Shown here one piece after another: positions 1 through 10,355 of a DNA stretch of 64,000 nucleotides. The translations under genes and the position numbers were made by a program. The notes below the pieces were generated by a model, which did no database searches, had not been told where the DNA came from, and worked only from the letters and a program-made list of their open reading frames with translations. Where the stretch lies: positions 96,001 to 160,000 of the forward strand of contig CAWBMP010000003.1 in NCBI GenBank assembly GCA_963790025.1, read 5' to 3'. The stretch's first letter is position 1. Each line of letters begins with the position of its first letter. The stretch is from Nitrospirota bacterium (GTDB taxonomy: Bacteria; Nitrospirota; Thermodesulfovibrionia; Thermodesulfovibrionales; Dissulfurispiraceae).

Positions 1-205
1 GTCCATTTATACATGTATTCTCTCCAATCTTCTTTGTTAACGGCACCCGGTTTTCTGAACGTCCTGGTTGAAGTGAATCCGGCTTATTATACCATGTATT
101 CCCGGCTGGCAAGGAGGCCTGCTCCTTACTCAATTAGCATATGATACTATTTGTTTCAGCCCCGAAAAAGAGAATTATTTTGTATAATACTACTAAGGCA
201 AAGTT

Positions 206-397
206 ATGCAAGTTCGATGTCCCTTGTGTAAAAAGAAGACAACGTGGGAAGAAAACCAGTATAAGCCGTTTTGTTCCGAACGTTGCAAGCTTATAGACCT
301 CGGCAGATGGGTTTTGGAGGAGTACAAAGTACCGGGTGAGTCCGACGAAAGCACTGCTGATGAAGATAGTCAAGGACAGGAGGGTTCAATCAAATAA
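206..397 (+). CDS. yacG: DNA gyrase inhibitor YacG (zinc finger)
   Basis: CPLC...PFCSERCKLIDLGRW motif, 63 aa, acidic tail. Confidence 0.9.
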   Translation: MQVRCPLCKKKTTWEENQYKPFCSERCKLIDLGRWVLEEYKVPGESDESTADEDSQGQEGSIK

Positions 398-1200
398 TGA
401 AAAAGATCATAGTAACCGGTGCAACAGGAAGAATGGGCTCAAGAATCATAGCGCTTTCAAAGGACTACCCTGATTTGCGGCTCGGAGGCGCCCTGGAAAA
501 AAAAGGGACCAAAGATATCGGTAAGGATATTGGATCGCTCCTTGGTCTAGGAGAAATTAATGTTCAGCTCAATGATACCCTCGAACATATAATCGGAAGC
601 GGAGATTTGGTTATAGACTTTACTGCTCCCGCTGCAACGATGCAAAATGTGATGATAGCTGCCGAACATAAAAAGGCCATGATAATCGGCACCACCGGAT
701 TGTCGAAAGATGAGATTGAAACGATACGGCAGCTGACAGGTGAAATCCCTGTAGTGCTCGCCCCCAATATGAGTGTTGGCGTAAATCTCCTTTTTAAATT
801 GCTTCAGGACGTCGCAAGGGTGCTAGGTGATGATTATGATATTGAAATCATCGAGGCCCACCACCGCCTGAAAAAAGATGCGCCGAGTGGGACCGCTCTT
901 AAAATGGCACAGGTGATCGCTGAGGCGGTGCACAGAAATCTTGATGAGGTCGGTGTCTATGCCAGAAAAGGGATTATCGGAGAGCGCACCAGGAATGAGA
1001 TAGGTATTCAGACAGTGAGGGCGGGTGACATTGTCGGCGAACATACCGTGATTTTCGGAGGTCTGGGCGAAAGGATAGAAATTACCCACAAGGCATCAAG
1101 CAGGGACACTTTTGCGCGAGGGGCCTTAAAAGCCGCACTATGGGTGACTGATAAAAAGGCCGGGTTATATGATATGCAGGACGTGCTGGGGCTGAAATAG
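397..1200 (+). CDS. dapB: 4-hydroxy-tetrahydrodipicolinate reductase
   Basis: GATGRMG Rossmann motif; EAHHRLKKDAPSGTA signature; RAGDIVGEH. Confidence 0.97.
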   Translation: MKKIIVTGATGRMGSRIIALSKDYPDLRLGGALEKKGTKDIGKDIGSLLGLGEINVQLNDTLEHIIGSGDLVIDFTAPAATMQNVMIAAEHKKAMIIGTTGLSKDEIETIRQLTGEIPVVLAPNMSVGVNLLFKLLQDVARVLGDDYDIEIIEAHHRLKKDAPSGTALKMAQVIAEAVHRNLDEVGVYARKGIIGERTRNEIGIQTVRAGDIVGEHTVIFGGLGERIEITHKASSRDTFARGALKAALWVTDKKAGLYDMQDVLGLK

Positions 1201-1209
1201 CGTACAGCT

Positions 1210-1248
1210 GAGCACTCAAATCGCCGGTGAGCGGCGTGTTGAGTGCTC
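1210..1248. terminator. Hairpin between convergent dapB and ferritin-like gene, probable terminator
   Basis: gagcactcaa / ttgagtgctc outer stem plus cgccg / cggcg inner stem; weak U-tracts. Confidence 0.55.
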
Positions 1249-1256
1249 GAGTTTAT

Positions 1257-1742
1257 TCATCCTTCGACAATGCCGTGTTCGTCCCACATAAACCAGTTGC
1301 CTGTATCCGACATAAACGAATAGGTATTCTGAAATATGGAGAAGTGCTGCTCTTCCTCATGAATGAGCTGCTTGAAGAGCATTCGTTCTTTTTCTGTCTT
1401 TGCCTCGGATAATGCTTTCCTGTAAAATTCCACTCCCTCTTTTTCCATGTTCATAGCAATCTTGAATACTTCAAGATCATCGGTCGTGGCCTCGATGCGC
1501 TTCATCATCTCGTCCTTATGTTGTTCGAAGACAGTCTTTATATTCTTTACAGGACTGGCATTCCTGATTGTCAGGTCAAGTCCCTTGAATATCGTACTGA
1601 GCATTTCGAGGTGTCTCTTTTCGTCTTCAACAACCGAGAGGAACATTTTCTTTCCTACTGCGCTGCTCGTTCTCTCCGCGGCTTCTTTATAGAACTTTAT
1701 TGCATCTGTTTCCATCTTGATCGATATGTCTATGGAATTCAT
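1257..1742 (-). CDS. Ferritin-like / rubrerythrin-family diiron protein (no rubredoxin domain)
   Basis: Two E..FY...ExxH repeats (EDEKRH, EEEQH); ATG at 1742 with GGGGAG RBS; the 5' extension in the ORF track overlaps the rubredoxin gene. Confidence 0.85.
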   Translation of the reverse strand: MNSIDISIKMETDAIKFYKEAAERTSSAVGKKMFLSVVEDEKRHLEMLSTIFKGLDLTIRNASPVKNIKTVFEQHKDEMMKRIEATTDDLEVFKIAMNMEKEGVEFYRKALSEAKTEKERMLFKQLIHEEEQHFSIFQNTYSFMSDTGNWFMWDEHGIVEG

Positions 1743-1798
1743 TGTGACTCCCCATTTTAGAATTCTGCCCCGGAAAATTCCGGGGACCCGGCAAAAAA

Positions 1799-1960
1799 TT
1801 AAACCATTTTGTTGAACACGTCTTTGGTCGCGCCGCAGATGGGACAGACCCAACTGTCGGGGATCTTTTCGAAGGGGGTTCCGGGGGCTATACCGGAGTC
1901 CGGGTCTCCATACTCGGGATCATAGACATAACCGCATATACTGCACTTCCATTTTTCCAT
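1799..1960 (-). CDS. Rubredoxin (53 aa, absent from ORF track)
   Basis: Manual translation [62 protein letters not shown]. Confidence 0.95.
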   Translation of the reverse strand: MEKWKCSICGYVYDPEYGDPDSGIAPGTPFEKIPDSWVCPICGATKDVFNKMV

Positions 1961-2004
1961 ACTTCCTCCTAAGTTGATATGTGACTATCATTTTATAATA
2001 GATG

Positions 2005-3297
2005 TTACTCACTGTCAATTTTTTCCATTTTTACTTTTGCTATCCTCTGCGCGACCATCTCGATGATCCTGAAACTTTTATCATCGAAATTGACCACGTC
2101 GCCGGTTTTTGGTATCCGCTGGAGGTTCATCAGGATAAATCCGCCTAGCGTCTCGTACTCCGGCGATTCCGGAATGACTATATTGTAGTCTTCATTAAGA
2201 TCGCCGACGCTGATCGATGCGTCGATAATCATGGAGCCGTCCTCAAGCTGGATGACAGGGCTCTCGGTATCGTATTCGTCCCTGATCTCGCCCACTATCT
2301 CTTCGAGAAGGTCTTCAAGGGTCACGAGGCCGGAAACAGCGCCGTATTCGTCTATGGCAATTGCCATATGAACTCTTTTCCTCTGCATTTCTCTCAGTAG
2401 AATACTTATTTTCACGGTTTCGGGAATAAAGATGGGCGGTTTGATTATCCGGTGGATGTTGACGCTTCCGGTCCTCGAGAGCAGATTATAAAAATCTTTG
2501 GCATAGAGAATGCCCCGTATATCATTAATGTCCTTTCCGACGACCGGATACCGTGAGAACTTCTCTTCAGAAATGATTTCATTTACTTTATCGGTGGTCA
2601 TTGAGTAGCCTATGATAACCATTTGAGGGGCCGGTACCATGACCTCTTTGACCGAGGTGTCGGTGAATTCAAAAACGCTATGAATGAGTTCCTTTTCTTC
2701 AGGCTCGAAAACACCCTGTTGTCCCCCTTCTTCCAGGAGTAGTTTTACTTCCTCTTCGGTAACGTACTCGCGCTGCGTGAAGGCCTTTTGCTTAAAAGGC
2801 CTTAATATAATATTGGAGCTGACTGTCAGGAGGCTGACAAGAACATATGCGATTTTTGAAAACTTTTCGATCAGCGGGGCAGCCCAGAGGCCGACAGCCT
2901 CACGGTTTGAAAGCGCCACGGATTTTGGAATTAGTTCACCGAAGATGAGGAAGAAGAACGTTATGACAATGACCACAAACCCGATAGCGATAGCCTCGCT
3001 TGAGGCGGCAATAAACGGTATCGGAGCGGCCTGCAACCACGGTTTTATAACCTTCACCGCCGCGGCGCCGCCGATTGCAGAGGCGAGATCGGCAGTAAGG
3101 GTAATGCCTATTTGTATAGTGGCCAGAAAACGGTCGGGCTTTTCCCTGAGTTTAAAGAGGATGGCGGCATTCTTGTTCCCCTCATCCATCAACTGCTTAA
3201 TACGTGTTCTTCTGTTGGTTACGATAGCAATTTCAGAGGCGGCGAAGAAACCATTGATAATAATGCAGAACGCTATAAGGAAGAGTTGTATCCACAT
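2005..3297 (-). CDS. HlyC/CorC (CNNM/DUF21 + CBS + CorC) Mg2+/Co2+ transporter family protein
   Basis: FFAASEIA, FGELIPKS, FSRYPV, DEYGAVSGLVTLEDLLEEIVGEIRDEYD motifs. Confidence 0.92.
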   Translation of the reverse strand: MWIQLFLIAFCIIINGFFAASEIAIVTNRRTRIKQLMDEGNKNAAILFKLREKPDRFLATIQIGITLTADLASAIGGAAAVKVIKPWLQAAPIPFIAASSEAIAIGFVVIVITFFFLIFGELIPKSVALSNREAVGLWAAPLIEKFSKIAYVLVSLLTVSSNIILRPFKQKAFTQREYVTEEEVKLLLEEGGQQGVFEPEEKELIHSVFEFTDTSVKEVMVPAPQMVIIGYSMTTDKVNEIISEEKFSRYPVVGKDINDIRGILYAKDFYNLLSRTGSVNIHRIIKPPIFIPETVKISILLREMQRKRVHMAIAIDEYGAVSGLVTLEDLLEEIVGEIRDEYDTESPVIQLEDGSMIIDASISVGDLNEDYNIVIPESPEYETLGGFILMNLQRIPKTGDVVNFDDKSFRIIEMVAQRIAKVKMEKIDSE

Positions 3298-3350
3298 ACG
3301 GAATAATTATACCATAGCTGAAAGGTCATAGTTTATTAGTCTGGTAGTCA

Positions 3351-3515
3351 GGTAGCGGGTCAGTTTGTTTTTGCTCTGGCCCAAATAGTCTTTCGTTTCC
3401 GATCACAGGCATGTACTGAAGATTATCTGACAGCCGCTTCTCGATATGTGGCTCGTTACCACCCCACTGCTGAGAACCCCGGTGATCCAGAGCAAAAACA
3501 AACTGACCCACTACC
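3351..3515. mobile_element. Small non-autonomous element (MITE/REP-doublet-like) with 29-bp terminal inverted repeats
   Basis: ggtagcgggtcagtttgtttttgctctgg (3351-3379) vs ccagagcaaaaacaaactgacccactacc (3487-3515), one mismatch; intergenic, no transposase. Confidence 0.6.
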
Positions 3516-3540
3516 CCAGTCAGATTCACGTCGTTTTTAT

Positions 3541-4782
3541 TCAGGGATTAACGGTAAGGATTGTTCTTACGATTTCAGGATAATGCGCAATAAGCCTCAG
3601 CTCATCATCGGTAAGAGGTTTTTGAGTATGGAGGTTTGCATACTGCGCCAGTTCGAGTACTTTCCTCGCCTCGTTGTCATCGTGAAATTCTATACCTAGG
3701 TTCAGGTAAACATGTCTGAACCCTTTGATGCCGCCGTATTCGCCGGTGGTGATCACTCTTCCTGTCTGCGTGAGTTCGGGTTCTCCTCTGCCTACGTCCT
3801 CAGGGTCGTATAATTCATAATTTCTCTTGTCCTTCAAGGCGCCGTCGGCATGAATGCCTGATTCATGGGCAAAGGCGTTTGAACCTACTCCAGGCTGGTT
3901 GATTGGGATAGGGAGGTTGAAGGCATAGGATGCGTACTTGGCAATTTTCAAGGATTTTTTCAGATCAACATGTTCATCAAGAGGAACCTTGTCTTTGAGA
4001 ACAGGAGAGAACTTCAAGGCAAGGATAGTGGATACGAGGTCGCAGTTGCCTGCACGCTCGCCATAGCCGTTTATCGTCGTATTTATGTACGAATCAACGC
4101 CGGCCTCTATTGCGCCCTGTACCCCTGCTACAGACACTGCCTCTCCCATGCCGAGGTCGTTGTGGCAGTGCATCTCCAGTGGAAATTTAGTTGCAAAAGA
4201 GAGGGCTTTTATCCTCTCATATATAGCAATGGAGTCATCTACACCGAGAGTGTCACAGTACCTGAACCTGTCTGCGCCGGTCTCCTTGGCCATAAGGGCA
4301 AATTCGATCAACCTGTCCAGTTCGGTCCTTGAGGCATCCTCTGCATCCAAACCTAGTGTCTCTGCGCCGAGTTCCTTGGCCAGCTTAAGCGCTTCCGAAA
4401 CCGTTTTTAATATATCCTTCCACAATTTCTTACCCAGGAATTTTCCCTGCAGCATAATATCCGAGGTTGACATCGACATGTTCAGATGCTTTATATCCGG
4501 GCAATTCTTAAATGTGAGTTTGACGTCTTCGGGGACTGCACGGCACCAGCCTTCGAGGCGTGTTCTTTTAATCACTCCCTCTTCGGCGAGCATGAGATTG
4601 GCATTAATATAGTTGACTTCATGTTTAAGTGTGGGGAACCCGATTTCGCTCTGGTAAATACCCATTTCATCGAGATAAATGTTCAGCATGGTTTTTGACA
4701 ACTTTGGCAGGAGTATCCTCGACGTTTGCACACCGTCTCTGTTTGTGACATCTATTAAATAAACTTTGTTGGCACTGCTCAT
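3541..4782 (-). CDS. LeuA/NifV (DRE-TIM metallolyase) family acetyl-CoA condensing enzyme; probable Re-citrate synthase (often annotated homocitrate synthase)
   Basis: DVTNRDGVQ, HCHNDLGM, GERAGN, AFAHESGIHADG; no C-terminal regulatory domain. Confidence 0.8.
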   Translation of the reverse strand: MSSANKVYLIDVTNRDGVQTSRILLPKLSKTMLNIYLDEMGIYQSEIGFPTLKHEVNYINANLMLAEEGVIKRTRLEGWCRAVPEDVKLTFKNCPDIKHLNMSMSTSDIMLQGKFLGKKLWKDILKTVSEALKLAKELGAETLGLDAEDASRTELDRLIEFALMAKETGADRFRYCDTLGVDDSIAIYERIKALSFATKFPLEMHCHNDLGMGEAVSVAGVQGAIEAGVDSYINTTINGYGERAGNCDLVSTILALKFSPVLKDKVPLDEHVDLKKSLKIAKYASYAFNLPIPINQPGVGSNAFAHESGIHADGALKDKRNYELYDPEDVGRGEPELTQTGRVITTGEYGGIKGFRHVYLNLGIEFHDDNEARKVLELAQYANLHTQKPLTDDELRLIAHYPEIVRTILTVNP

Positions 4783-5271
4783 TTACTTCTTTTTAGTGAT
4801 TTCCCTTGCTATAGCAACCTTTCCGGTCCTCACAAATTCCTTTATTCCCATTGGTCTCATGATCTCGATAAATGCCTCTATTTTTTTGTTATCACCCGTA
4901 ATCTCAATTGTATAGGTGTTCTGACTCGAATCCACTACCCGGCCCCTGAATATTTCCGCCGTCCGCAGCACTTCGGCCTTGTACTCCTGCCGGGGCGACA
5001 CCTTAATCAGCACCATCTCTCTTTCAACATGGTCCAGTTCAGTGAGATCAGTAACTTTTATGACATCGATCAGTTTGTTAAGCTGTTTGGATATCTGCTC
5101 TATAATCCAGTCGTCACCCGTAGTGACGATCGTCATTACCGACACCTGTGGATCAATGGTCTCGCCCACGGAAAGGCTTTCTATATTGTACCCCCTGCCG
5201 CTGAAGAGTCCGGACACTCTCGAAAGAACGCCAAATTTATTTTCAACAAGCACTGATATCGTATGTCGCAT
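4783..5271 (-). CDS. ilvN: Acetolactate synthase small subunit
   Basis: VENKFGVLSRVSGLFSGRGYNIESL ACT domain; follows ilvB. Confidence 0.96.
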   Translation of the reverse strand: MRHTISVLVENKFGVLSRVSGLFSGRGYNIESLSVGETIDPQVSVMTIVTTGDDWIIEQISKQLNKLIDVIKVTDLTELDHVEREMVLIKVSPRQEYKAEVLRTAEIFRGRVVDSSQNTYTIEITGDNKKIEAFIEIMRPMGIKEFVRTGKVAIAREITKKK

Positions 5272-5285
5272 CTTATTCCTCCATT

Positions 5286-5359
5286 TAGTGTCATTGTCAG
5301 TGATTAGTGTCAGTTTAAGGATTTATCTGACACTGACACTTATTTCTCCACTGACACTT
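5286..5359. repeat. Inverted array of about 6-nt units (agtgtc / gacact) at ilvB-ilvN junction
   Basis: agtgtc attgtc agtgat tagtgtc ag ... ct gacact gacact ... cact gacact. Confidence 0.65.
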
Positions 5360-7094
5360 ATTTTACTGCCTTGAGTTTTTTCTCAGGCTTCTTCTCTTCT
5401 TCAAACATCATGGAGTCCAGCGCTGCACCGGCGGGGACCATGGGATAAACCTTCTCCTTCCAATCAACAACAAAGTCCATGAACACCGGCCTCTTTATCT
5501 TGAACGCCTCTTTGAGAACAGGTTCGACTTCTTCAGGTTTGGTGGCACGCAACCCGACTGCTCCATATGCATGGGCAAGTTCAACGAAGTCTGGCGTGAT
5601 GTCAATGTTAAGATCGGTGTGCGAGTAGCGCTCCTGATAGAAAAGCTCCTGCCATTGTCTCACCATCCCGAGGTAGCGGTTCTTCAGGATAGCAACTTTT
5701 ACAGGAAGTTTGTAAATTACGGCTGTTGCCAATTCCTGGATATTCATCTGAATACTGCCGTCACCCGCTATATCGATGACGAGTTTGTCCGGGCAGGCCA
5801 ACTGGGCGCCTATGGCAGCGGGCAAGCCGAAACCCATGGTGCCGAGGCCGCCGGAAGTCAGTAAACGCCTGGGCTTGTCGAATTTGTAAAACTGAGCTGC
5901 CCACATCTGGTTTTGACCGACCTCAGTGGTGATAATGGCGTCGCCCTTTGTAAGCTCGTAGATCTTCTCTACGACAAACTGCGGCTTGATCACATCTTTG
6001 TTATAGGTATAAGTCAGCGGTCTTTCTTTTTTCCAGAGCGCTATCTGTTTCAACCAGGTTTTTCTGATTTCGTCCCAAGGCTCCTTTATGTCTTTTTTAA
6101 GCACTTTGTTCAAGACAGTCAGGACATTCTTGACATCACCAACGATGGGAATGTCAACCCTCACGTTCTTTCTGATCGAAGTTGGGTCAATGTCGATGTG
6201 TATAATCCTGGCATGGGTGGCAAAGCCATCGATCTTTCCTGTAACGCGGTCATCGAACCTCATGCCTATTGCTATCAGAAGGTCGGATTCCTGAACGGCC
6301 TTGTTTGCAAAAAAAGTGCCGTGCATGCCGAGCATGCCCAGCGAAAGCTCATGCGTGCCGGGGAAACCGCCCAGGCCCATAAGAGTCATGGTGACCGGAA
6401 TATTGGTATGTTCGGCAAGCTCACGCAATTCGTGAGATGCTTCAGAGAGGATACAACCTCCGCCTGCAATGATGACCGGTTTTTTGGCCCGCGCTATTTC
6501 GTGTGCGGCCTTCTCTATCATCCACCGGTTGCCCTCATATGTTGGGTTATAGCTCCGCATTTCGACCTTGTCGGGCCAGACAAAATCAGCTTTGGCGGAA
6601 GTTACATCCTTGGGAAGGTCAATCAGCACAGGGCCAGGACGTCCTGTAGTCGCTATATGGAACAATTCTTTTAACTGTGCCGCAAGTTCTTTCACATCTT
6701 TTGCAAGGACATTGTATTTTGTGCACGGCCTGGTTATGCCGACTATGTCGGCCTCCTGAAAGGCATCGTTCCCTATTAAGACTGTCGGCACCTGGCCTGT
6801 GAGGACAACAACCGGTATAGAGTCCATGGAAGCATTTGCAATACCTGTTACGGTATTGGTGGCTCCTGGGCCGGAAGTTACAAGCACAACACCGGGTCTT
6901 CCGGTTGCTCGCGCGTATCCGTCAGCAGCATGGACAGCGCCCTGCTCATGCCGTGTCAGTATAAGTTTCAGGTCCTTGTCATCATGGAGAAGGTCAAATA
7001 TATTGAGAATTACGCCGCCCGGGTATCCGAAAATATGTTTAACGCCGAGTTTCTTGAGGGACTCAAGTATTATTTCAGCACCTGTCATTTTCAT
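5358..7094 (-). CDS. ilvB: Acetolactate synthase large subunit, biosynthetic
   Basis: [28 protein letters not shown] ThDP motif, LGMVRQWQ. Confidence 0.97.
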   Translation of the reverse strand: MKMTGAEIILESLKKLGVKHIFGYPGGVILNIFDLLHDDKDLKLILTRHEQGAVHAADGYARATGRPGVVLVTSGPGATNTVTGIANASMDSIPVVVLTGQVPTVLIGNDAFQEADIVGITRPCTKYNVLAKDVKELAAQLKELFHIATTGRPGPVLIDLPKDVTSAKADFVWPDKVEMRSYNPTYEGNRWMIEKAAHEIARAKKPVIIAGGGCILSEASHELRELAEHTNIPVTMTLMGLGGFPGTHELSLGMLGMHGTFFANKAVQESDLLIAIGMRFDDRVTGKIDGFATHARIIHIDIDPTSIRKNVRVDIPIVGDVKNVLTVLNKVLKKDIKEPWDEIRKTWLKQIALWKKERPLTYTYNKDVIKPQFVVEKIYELTKGDAIITTEVGQNQMWAAQFYKFDKPRRLLTSGGLGTMGFGLPAAIGAQLACPDKLVIDIAGDGSIQMNIQELATAVIYKLPVKVAILKNRYLGMVRQWQELFYQERYSHTDLNIDITPDFVELAHAYGAVGLRATKPEEVEPVLKEAFKIKRPVFMDFVVDWKEKVYPMVPAGAALDSMMFEEEKKPEKKLKAVK

Positions 7095-7341
7095 GATTTA
7101 ACTCCTTGCGTTTTAAACTGCTCGATCGGACGGACCCCACCAGAAGTAGCCAACAGTAAGGGCCTTAAGCCGGTCTTCTAAGCCAAAAGTCAAAGATTTT
7201 CAGCGCCGCCTCATCCGTATGAAACCCTAAATTAACATAATTTTTGCAACTTTTCCATATTTATATTTAGATATTTATCACATTTCTGACCCTTGCCTCT
7301 TGTCTTTTTAGATGCTATCATTTGAATAACGACATGTGACT

Positions 7342-7370
7342 TTGACAAATTTTGCCGTTTGTGATTTAAT
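7342..7370 (+). promoter_or_regulatory. Sigma70-type promoter of pyr operon
   Basis: TTGACA (7342-7347), 17 bp, TTTAAT (7365-7370) with extended -10 TG. Confidence 0.7.
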
Positions 7371-7377
7371 AATCGTG

Positions 7378-8026
<649 letters not shown>

Positions 8027-8033
8027 CTGAATT

Positions 8034-8960
8034 ATGACCAAGGACCTTGTCGGAATAAAAGACTTGTCAAAGGAAGACATCGAGAAGGTTCTCTGCACGG
8101 CATCGTCGTTCAAAGATGTATTAAAACGGGACATCAAAAAGGTGCCTGCACTTAGGGGAAAAACTGTTGTCAATCTTTTCTATGAGCCTTCTACAAGAAC
8201 AAAAACCTCTTTTGAACTCGCCGAGAAAAGACTGAGCACGGACGTGCTTAATTTTTCAGTTTCTACCAGCAGCGTAGTTAAAGGCGAAACCCTTTACGAT
8301 ACAGTAAAGACTATCGAGGCCTACGGCGTTGATTTTATCGTTATCAGGCATGCTTCAAGCGGTGCTCCTCATTTTATCGCCCGCAATGTGAACGCATCGG
8401 TTATCAATGCAGGAGACGGAATTAATGAACACCCCACCCAGGCATTGCTCGATGCATTCAGCATTATAGAGAAGAGGGGAACACTTGAAGGGCTTAAAAT
8501 TGCCATTATAGGGGACATATATCACAGCAGGGTGGCAAAATCGAATATCTACCTTCTTTCAAAATTCAATACTGAAATCAGATTGCTGGGTCCCCCGACA
8601 CTTATTCCGAAAGTGGGGGATTACGGTGTGGAAGTTTTTTTTGATATGGACAAAGGGCTTAAGGATGTTGATGTGGTCATGATGTTGAGAATACAGACGG
8701 AACGGCAGGGAAGTGGTTTCTTCCCTTCCACCAGGGAGTATTTTAAATATTGGGGAATGGACATGAAGCGCCTTGACATGACCGGAAGGAACACTATAGT
8801 TATGCATCCGGGCCCGATGAACCGGGGCATTGAAATAGCTTCGGAAGTTGCCGACAGCGCCCAGTCGGTTGTGCTCGACCAGGTAACAAACGGCATCGCG
8901 GTCAGGATGGCTGTACTGTATCTGCTGGCGAGCCAAAGAACGGACGAAAGGGAAATATGA
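8034..8960 (+). CDS. pyrB: Aspartate carbamoyltransferase catalytic subunit
   Basis: [24 protein letters not shown]. Confidence 0.97.
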   Translation: MTKDLVGIKDLSKEDIEKVLCTASSFKDVLKRDIKKVPALRGKTVVNLFYEPSTRTKTSFELAEKRLSTDVLNFSVSTSSVVKGETLYDTVKTIEAYGVDFIVIRHASSGAPHFIARNVNASVINAGDGINEHPTQALLDAFSIIEKRGTLEGLKIAIIGDIYHSRVAKSNIYLLSKFNTEIRLLGPPTLIPKVGDYGVEVFFDMDKGLKDVDVVMMLRIQTERQGSGFFPSTREYFKYWGMDMKRLDMTGRNTIVMHPGPMNRGIEIASEVADSAQSVVLDQVTNGIAVRMAVLYLLASQRTDEREI

Positions 8961-10264
8961 ATAACGTACTGATTATAAAAGGCGGGCACCTTATTGATCC
9001 ATCGCAGGGTATCGATTACATAGCGGACATCCTGATTGAAGATGGAAAGATAAAAAAAATAGAGAGGAAGAAGGGAAGCACGGAAGGGGCACATAGAGCG
9101 GAAACGCGGACTATTGAGGCCAACGGCCTTTATGTGTTTCCGGGCCTTGTTGATATGCATACCCATCTGCGGGAGCCTGGTTATGAACACAAGGAGACCA
9201 TAAAGACCGGGACAATGGCAGCTGTCAGGGGCGGTTTTACTTCCCTTTGCCCCATGCCTAATACAAATCCTGTCAACGATAATCCGACAGTCACCGCGTT
9301 TATCATCAAAAAGGCCGGGGAAGAAGGACTCTGTTCAGTCTATCCTGTGGGCGCGATCACAAAAGGACAAAATGGCGAAGAGCTGGCTGAAATGGGTCTT
9401 ATGTATGATGCAGGATGCAAGGCATTTTCCGATGACGGAAGGCCGGTCATGAGCAGTATTGTGATGCGAAGAGCTCTCGAATACTCCAGGGTATTCGATG
9501 TGCCGGTTATTTCTCACTGTGAGGACCTTACCCTTACGGACAATGGAGTAATGAACGAAGGTGTCCTTGCCTCAAGCCTGGGATTGAAGGGACTGCCTTC
9601 AGCTGCTGAAGAAGTAATGGTTGCCAGAGATATTATCCTGGCCGAATTGACGGGAGGACGGTTGCACATTGCACATGTTTCAACAGAAGGTTCCGTGAGG
9701 TTTATACGGCAGGCGAAAGATCGCGGTATTCGTGTCACTGCGGAAACATGCCCCCACTATTTCAGTATCACCGAGGATGCGGTCAAAGGATATAATACAA
9801 ATGCAAAGGTAAACCCTCCTCTGCGGACACTCAAGGATACCGAGGCGATCAAGGAGGGACTGCGGGACGGCACTATTGATGTAATTGCTACCGATCATGC
9901 TCCTCATCACCGTGATGAAAAGCTCCAGGAGTTTGATAAAGCACCCTCCGGGATTTCCGGTCTTGAAACGGCCCTGGGCCTTAGCCTTAGACTCGTAGAA
10001 GAACGTGTTTTAACTATCGGCAAGCTGGCAGAAAAGATGGCATGTAATCCTGCCAGGGTTATGGGTCTTGACAAAGTGGGCCTTCGCGAAGGCTCAGACG
10101 CTGACATCACAATAGTTGACCTCAACAAAGAAATCCAAATCGAGGGAGCCGGGTTTGCATCACTGGGAAAGAACACTCCTTTTGACAAATGGACGCTGAA
10201 GGGAATGCCGGTAATTACTATAGTAAAAGGCTTTATAGCATTTAACGTACTAAGTTCTGCGTAA
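8957..10264 (+). CDS. pyrC: Dihydroorotase
   Basis: [30 protein letters not shown]. Confidence 0.96.
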   Translation: MNNVLIIKGGHLIDPSQGIDYIADILIEDGKIKKIERKKGSTEGAHRAETRTIEANGLYVFPGLVDMHTHLREPGYEHKETIKTGTMAAVRGGFTSLCPMPNTNPVNDNPTVTAFIIKKAGEEGLCSVYPVGAITKGQNGEELAEMGLMYDAGCKAFSDDGRPVMSSIVMRRALEYSRVFDVPVISHCEDLTLTDNGVMNEGVLASSLGLKGLPSAAEEVMVARDIILAELTGGRLHIAHVSTEGSVRFIRQAKDRGIRVTAETCPHYFSITEDAVKGYNTNAKVNPPLRTLKDTEAIKEGLRDGTIDVIATDHAPHHRDEKLQEFDKAPSGISGLETALGLSLRLVEERVLTIGKLAEKMACNPARVMGLDKVGLREGSDADITIVDLNKEIQIEGAGFASLGKNTPFDKWTLKGMPVITIVKGFIAFNVLSSA

Positions 10265-10342
10265 AAAACGTCCTGCGTACTGCGTTCAGCGGACTCAGAA
10301 AAAAAGTGTTTCTGTTAACGCAGAACGCTGTACGCTGAACGT
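10245..10342. repeat. Inverted array of 7-nt units (gcgtwct / wgwacgc) at pyrC-carA junction
   Basis: acgtact aagttct gcgtaaa ... acgtcct gcgtact gcgttca gcggact ... aacgc agaacgc tgtacgc tgaacgt. Confidence 0.7.
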
Positions 10343-10355
10343 ATTTGGAGACTTT

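Noticed and set aside
1..14. Possible start of a minus-strand gene (GGAGAG RBS, ATG TAT AAA TGG) running off the left edge
   Set aside because: Only four codons are visible; no product can be supported.
1200..1260. TGA stop followed by a hairpin, considered as selenocysteine recoding of the ferritin-like gene
   Set aside because: The protein ends at a natural-looking C-terminus, and read-through would run into convergent dapB; the hairpin is better explained as a terminator.
7200..7235. TTAGGGTTTC on the minus strand resembling the start of a ykkC/ppGpp riboswitch before ilvB
   Set aside because: The downstream conserved elements (GACCGAG, ATAAAAG.CC) are absent.
7228..7255. attaacataa resembling a XerD arm (second dif-like site)
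   Set aside because: No XerC arm (TTAT...) at 6-bp spacing; most likely AT-rich promoter DNA.
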